64,000 nt of DNA from a virus (Duplodnaviria; Heunggongvirae; Uroviricota; Caudoviricetes), in the IMG/VR virus record IMGVR_UViG_3300017792_000001, positions 200,697 through 264,696 of that record; one strand, given 5' to 3'. A model generated the notes under the pieces. It had not been told where the DNA came from and made no database searches. It saw nothing but the letters and a program-made list of their open reading frames with translations. The translations under genes were made by a program, and so were the position numbers. Positions 62,567 to 64,000 of the stretch are shown here, one piece after another (position 1 is the first letter of the stretch; the number at the start of each line of letters is the position of its first letter).

Positions 62567-63941
62567 TAAACTCCGCGGCAGTACGACGATCAGCACTGAA
62601 ATCCGTTCGTACCAGACTGACTCCATCAGTCGTAAGTCCCTCGCCCGTGCAACGGTTGCAGCGCGCAGCAATAAGATCGAGCAGCGCGACGTTGAGGTAA
62701 CGCAGACTCAACCGTACATCATCGCACGGCACAGCAACAAGTTCCTGCAAATCTCCACGACATTCCCTGTGATGGCAACGTTCATCCCTGGGGTACCTGA
62801 AGTGGCTGTCCCCGAAGTACCGACGACCACGTACACTACCGGTGTGTTGTACGTTGAGCCAACCCTTGAAGCAGGCGAGCCTATCTCTGTGGCGCTGTAT
62901 GACCCAGACCTCACAGGCAAGACTACTCAGGTGACGGTGTTCAACGCGACGACTGGTGAGACCGAGTTCTTGACGCTTACCCGTCTTGAGAACGATCTGT
63001 TCCGTGGTGCTATCCCGACGTTCCTGTGTCGCTACAAGGGCGACGACTTCGACGGCTTCCTGAATCTCCAACCCACAGACACCATTAAGATCATCTACCG
63101 CGATGGTCGTTTCAGTAATGGTGAACCGGGCACGGTGACTCACGTTGCACAGGTGATCAGCAGTGTGGCAGTGCCGCATCTGTTCGTTCGTCGTTCTGCG
63201 CCAGTAGATGCCGTCATTGGTATCTCGCTGCAAGACGTACCTGCAGGTGTCGTGCCTCAGGTTCGTGTCAGTGACCTGAAGTCAGCCACAGTCCGTGACA
63301 TCCTCCTCGTTGCAGTTGACGGTGAATATCAAGGAACGATCACGCCGAACGAAATGGTTCCCGGCATTGCAGTAGGTGACGTGCTGCTGTTTGAGTTCTC
63401 GTACCCAGACATCTTCGGTACAACTGCCGTGCTCACTGCGCGCTGTGCGCTTGGTACTGGCGAGACAGAAGGCACGTTGACTGTACCAGCCACGATCGGC
63501 CGTGCTGCTGACTTCACCATTGAACTGGATGACCCCGACGTTGATGTACCGTATGTCGATCTGGTCATCAGTGGCAATACCTCCAACCAGTTCGTTCGCT
63601 GGCGTGCTCTGCGTCGTGCGACTGGCTCTGGGCTTTACCGTTACAGCGCCACACTTCCACCGCTGTTCGACAATGACCATGCAATCACCGTGACGTATGC
63701 GGATTCGAGCGCTGGTACACCGAAACTTGTCCAACGTGTTATCGCAATCACGGACATCGCAGCGCCACCCGTAACTGGTCCTGTTGTTGTACCTGAAACA
63801 CCAACAAACGAAGTAGAGCAGTTGGCATTGCAGATGGAGATTAACGGATTGTTCGTTTTAAACGGCCGCTTCTCGGGGATTATCAAACTCCGTGCCGTGA
63901 ATAACGAGACTGTCCGCTGCTCCATTACGCAGGCAAGCTAA
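62559..63941 (+). CDS. Virion structural protein with repeated Ig-like modules
   Basis: Repeated L.DPD...V.V....T.E...L....G.[FY]......I...Y.D modules. Confidence 0.6.
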   Translation: MVDKLRGSTTISTEIRSYQTDSISRKSLARATVAARSNKIEQRDVEVTQTQPYIIARHSNKFLQISTTFPVMATFIPGVPEVAVPEVPTTTYTTGVLYVEPTLEAGEPISVALYDPDLTGKTTQVTVFNATTGETEFLTLTRLENDLFRGAIPTFLCRYKGDDFDGFLNLQPTDTIKIIYRDGRFSNGEPGTVTHVAQVISSVAVPHLFVRRSAPVDAVIGISLQDVPAGVVPQVRVSDLKSATVRDILLVAVDGEYQGTITPNEMVPGIAVGDVLLFEFSYPDIFGTTAVLTARCALGTGETEGTLTVPATIGRAADFTIELDDPDVDVPYVDLVISGNTSNQFVRWRALRRATGSGLYRYSATLPPLFDNDHAITVTYADSSAGTPKLVQRVIAITDIAAPPVTGPVVVPETPTNEVEQLALQMEINGLFVLNGRFSGIIKLRAVNNETVRCSITQAS

Positions 63942-63945
63942 TTTA
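63939..63945 (+). promoter_or_regulatory. TAATTTA candidate late promoter for the gene starting at 63993
   Basis: Followed by GGAG RBS and ATG at 63993 (gene runs off the window). Confidence 0.55.
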
Positions 63946-64000
63946 CACTCAGGTATCAAGACAGTACCTAATCCATTCATGGAGACCATTTCATGTTGAA

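Noticed and set aside
1-64000. Nucleus-forming phage hallmarks (chimallin, PhuZ, multisubunit RNAP)
   Set aside because: None recognised; sigma factors and sigma70 promoters point to host RNAP use, although the rest of the genome is unseen

Overview
64 kb of a large (jumbo-type) tailed myophage genome, with all credible genes densely packed on the + strand. Gene content and order suggest the Lu11/PaBG/phiRSL1-like group with a proteobacterial, possibly Pseudomonas, host; this is inference, not a database result. The window holds a DNA-metabolism block (GyrB/GyrA-like topoisomerase II, 5'-3' exonuclease, gp32-like SSB, RecA/UvsX, DnaB helicase, one clear and one candidate sigma factor, histone-like and poly-acidic proteins). 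It also holds a packaging/virion block (terminase, portal, baseplate spike, Ig-like protein, scaffold, major capsid) and accessory genes (NADAR, KTSC, HAD, SprT protease, MmcB-like nuclease, dTMP kinase, topoisomerase IB). The main unexplained structure: (1) a shared N-terminal leader plus [AS]-x-A motif on putative capsid-packaged cargo proteins; (2) four sigma70-type promoters that each carry the same fixed-position downstream element, plus terminators with a shared interrupted CGTT tail; (3) a promoter- and terminator-bounded structured ~100-150 nt non-coding RNA directly after the portal gene; (4) Lys-rich and acidic disordered tags on most DNA-metabolism proteins; (5) two apparent pseudoenzymes (NAD-ligase-like and DNA-MTase-like). 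No tRNA, rRNA or CRISPR array was recognised.
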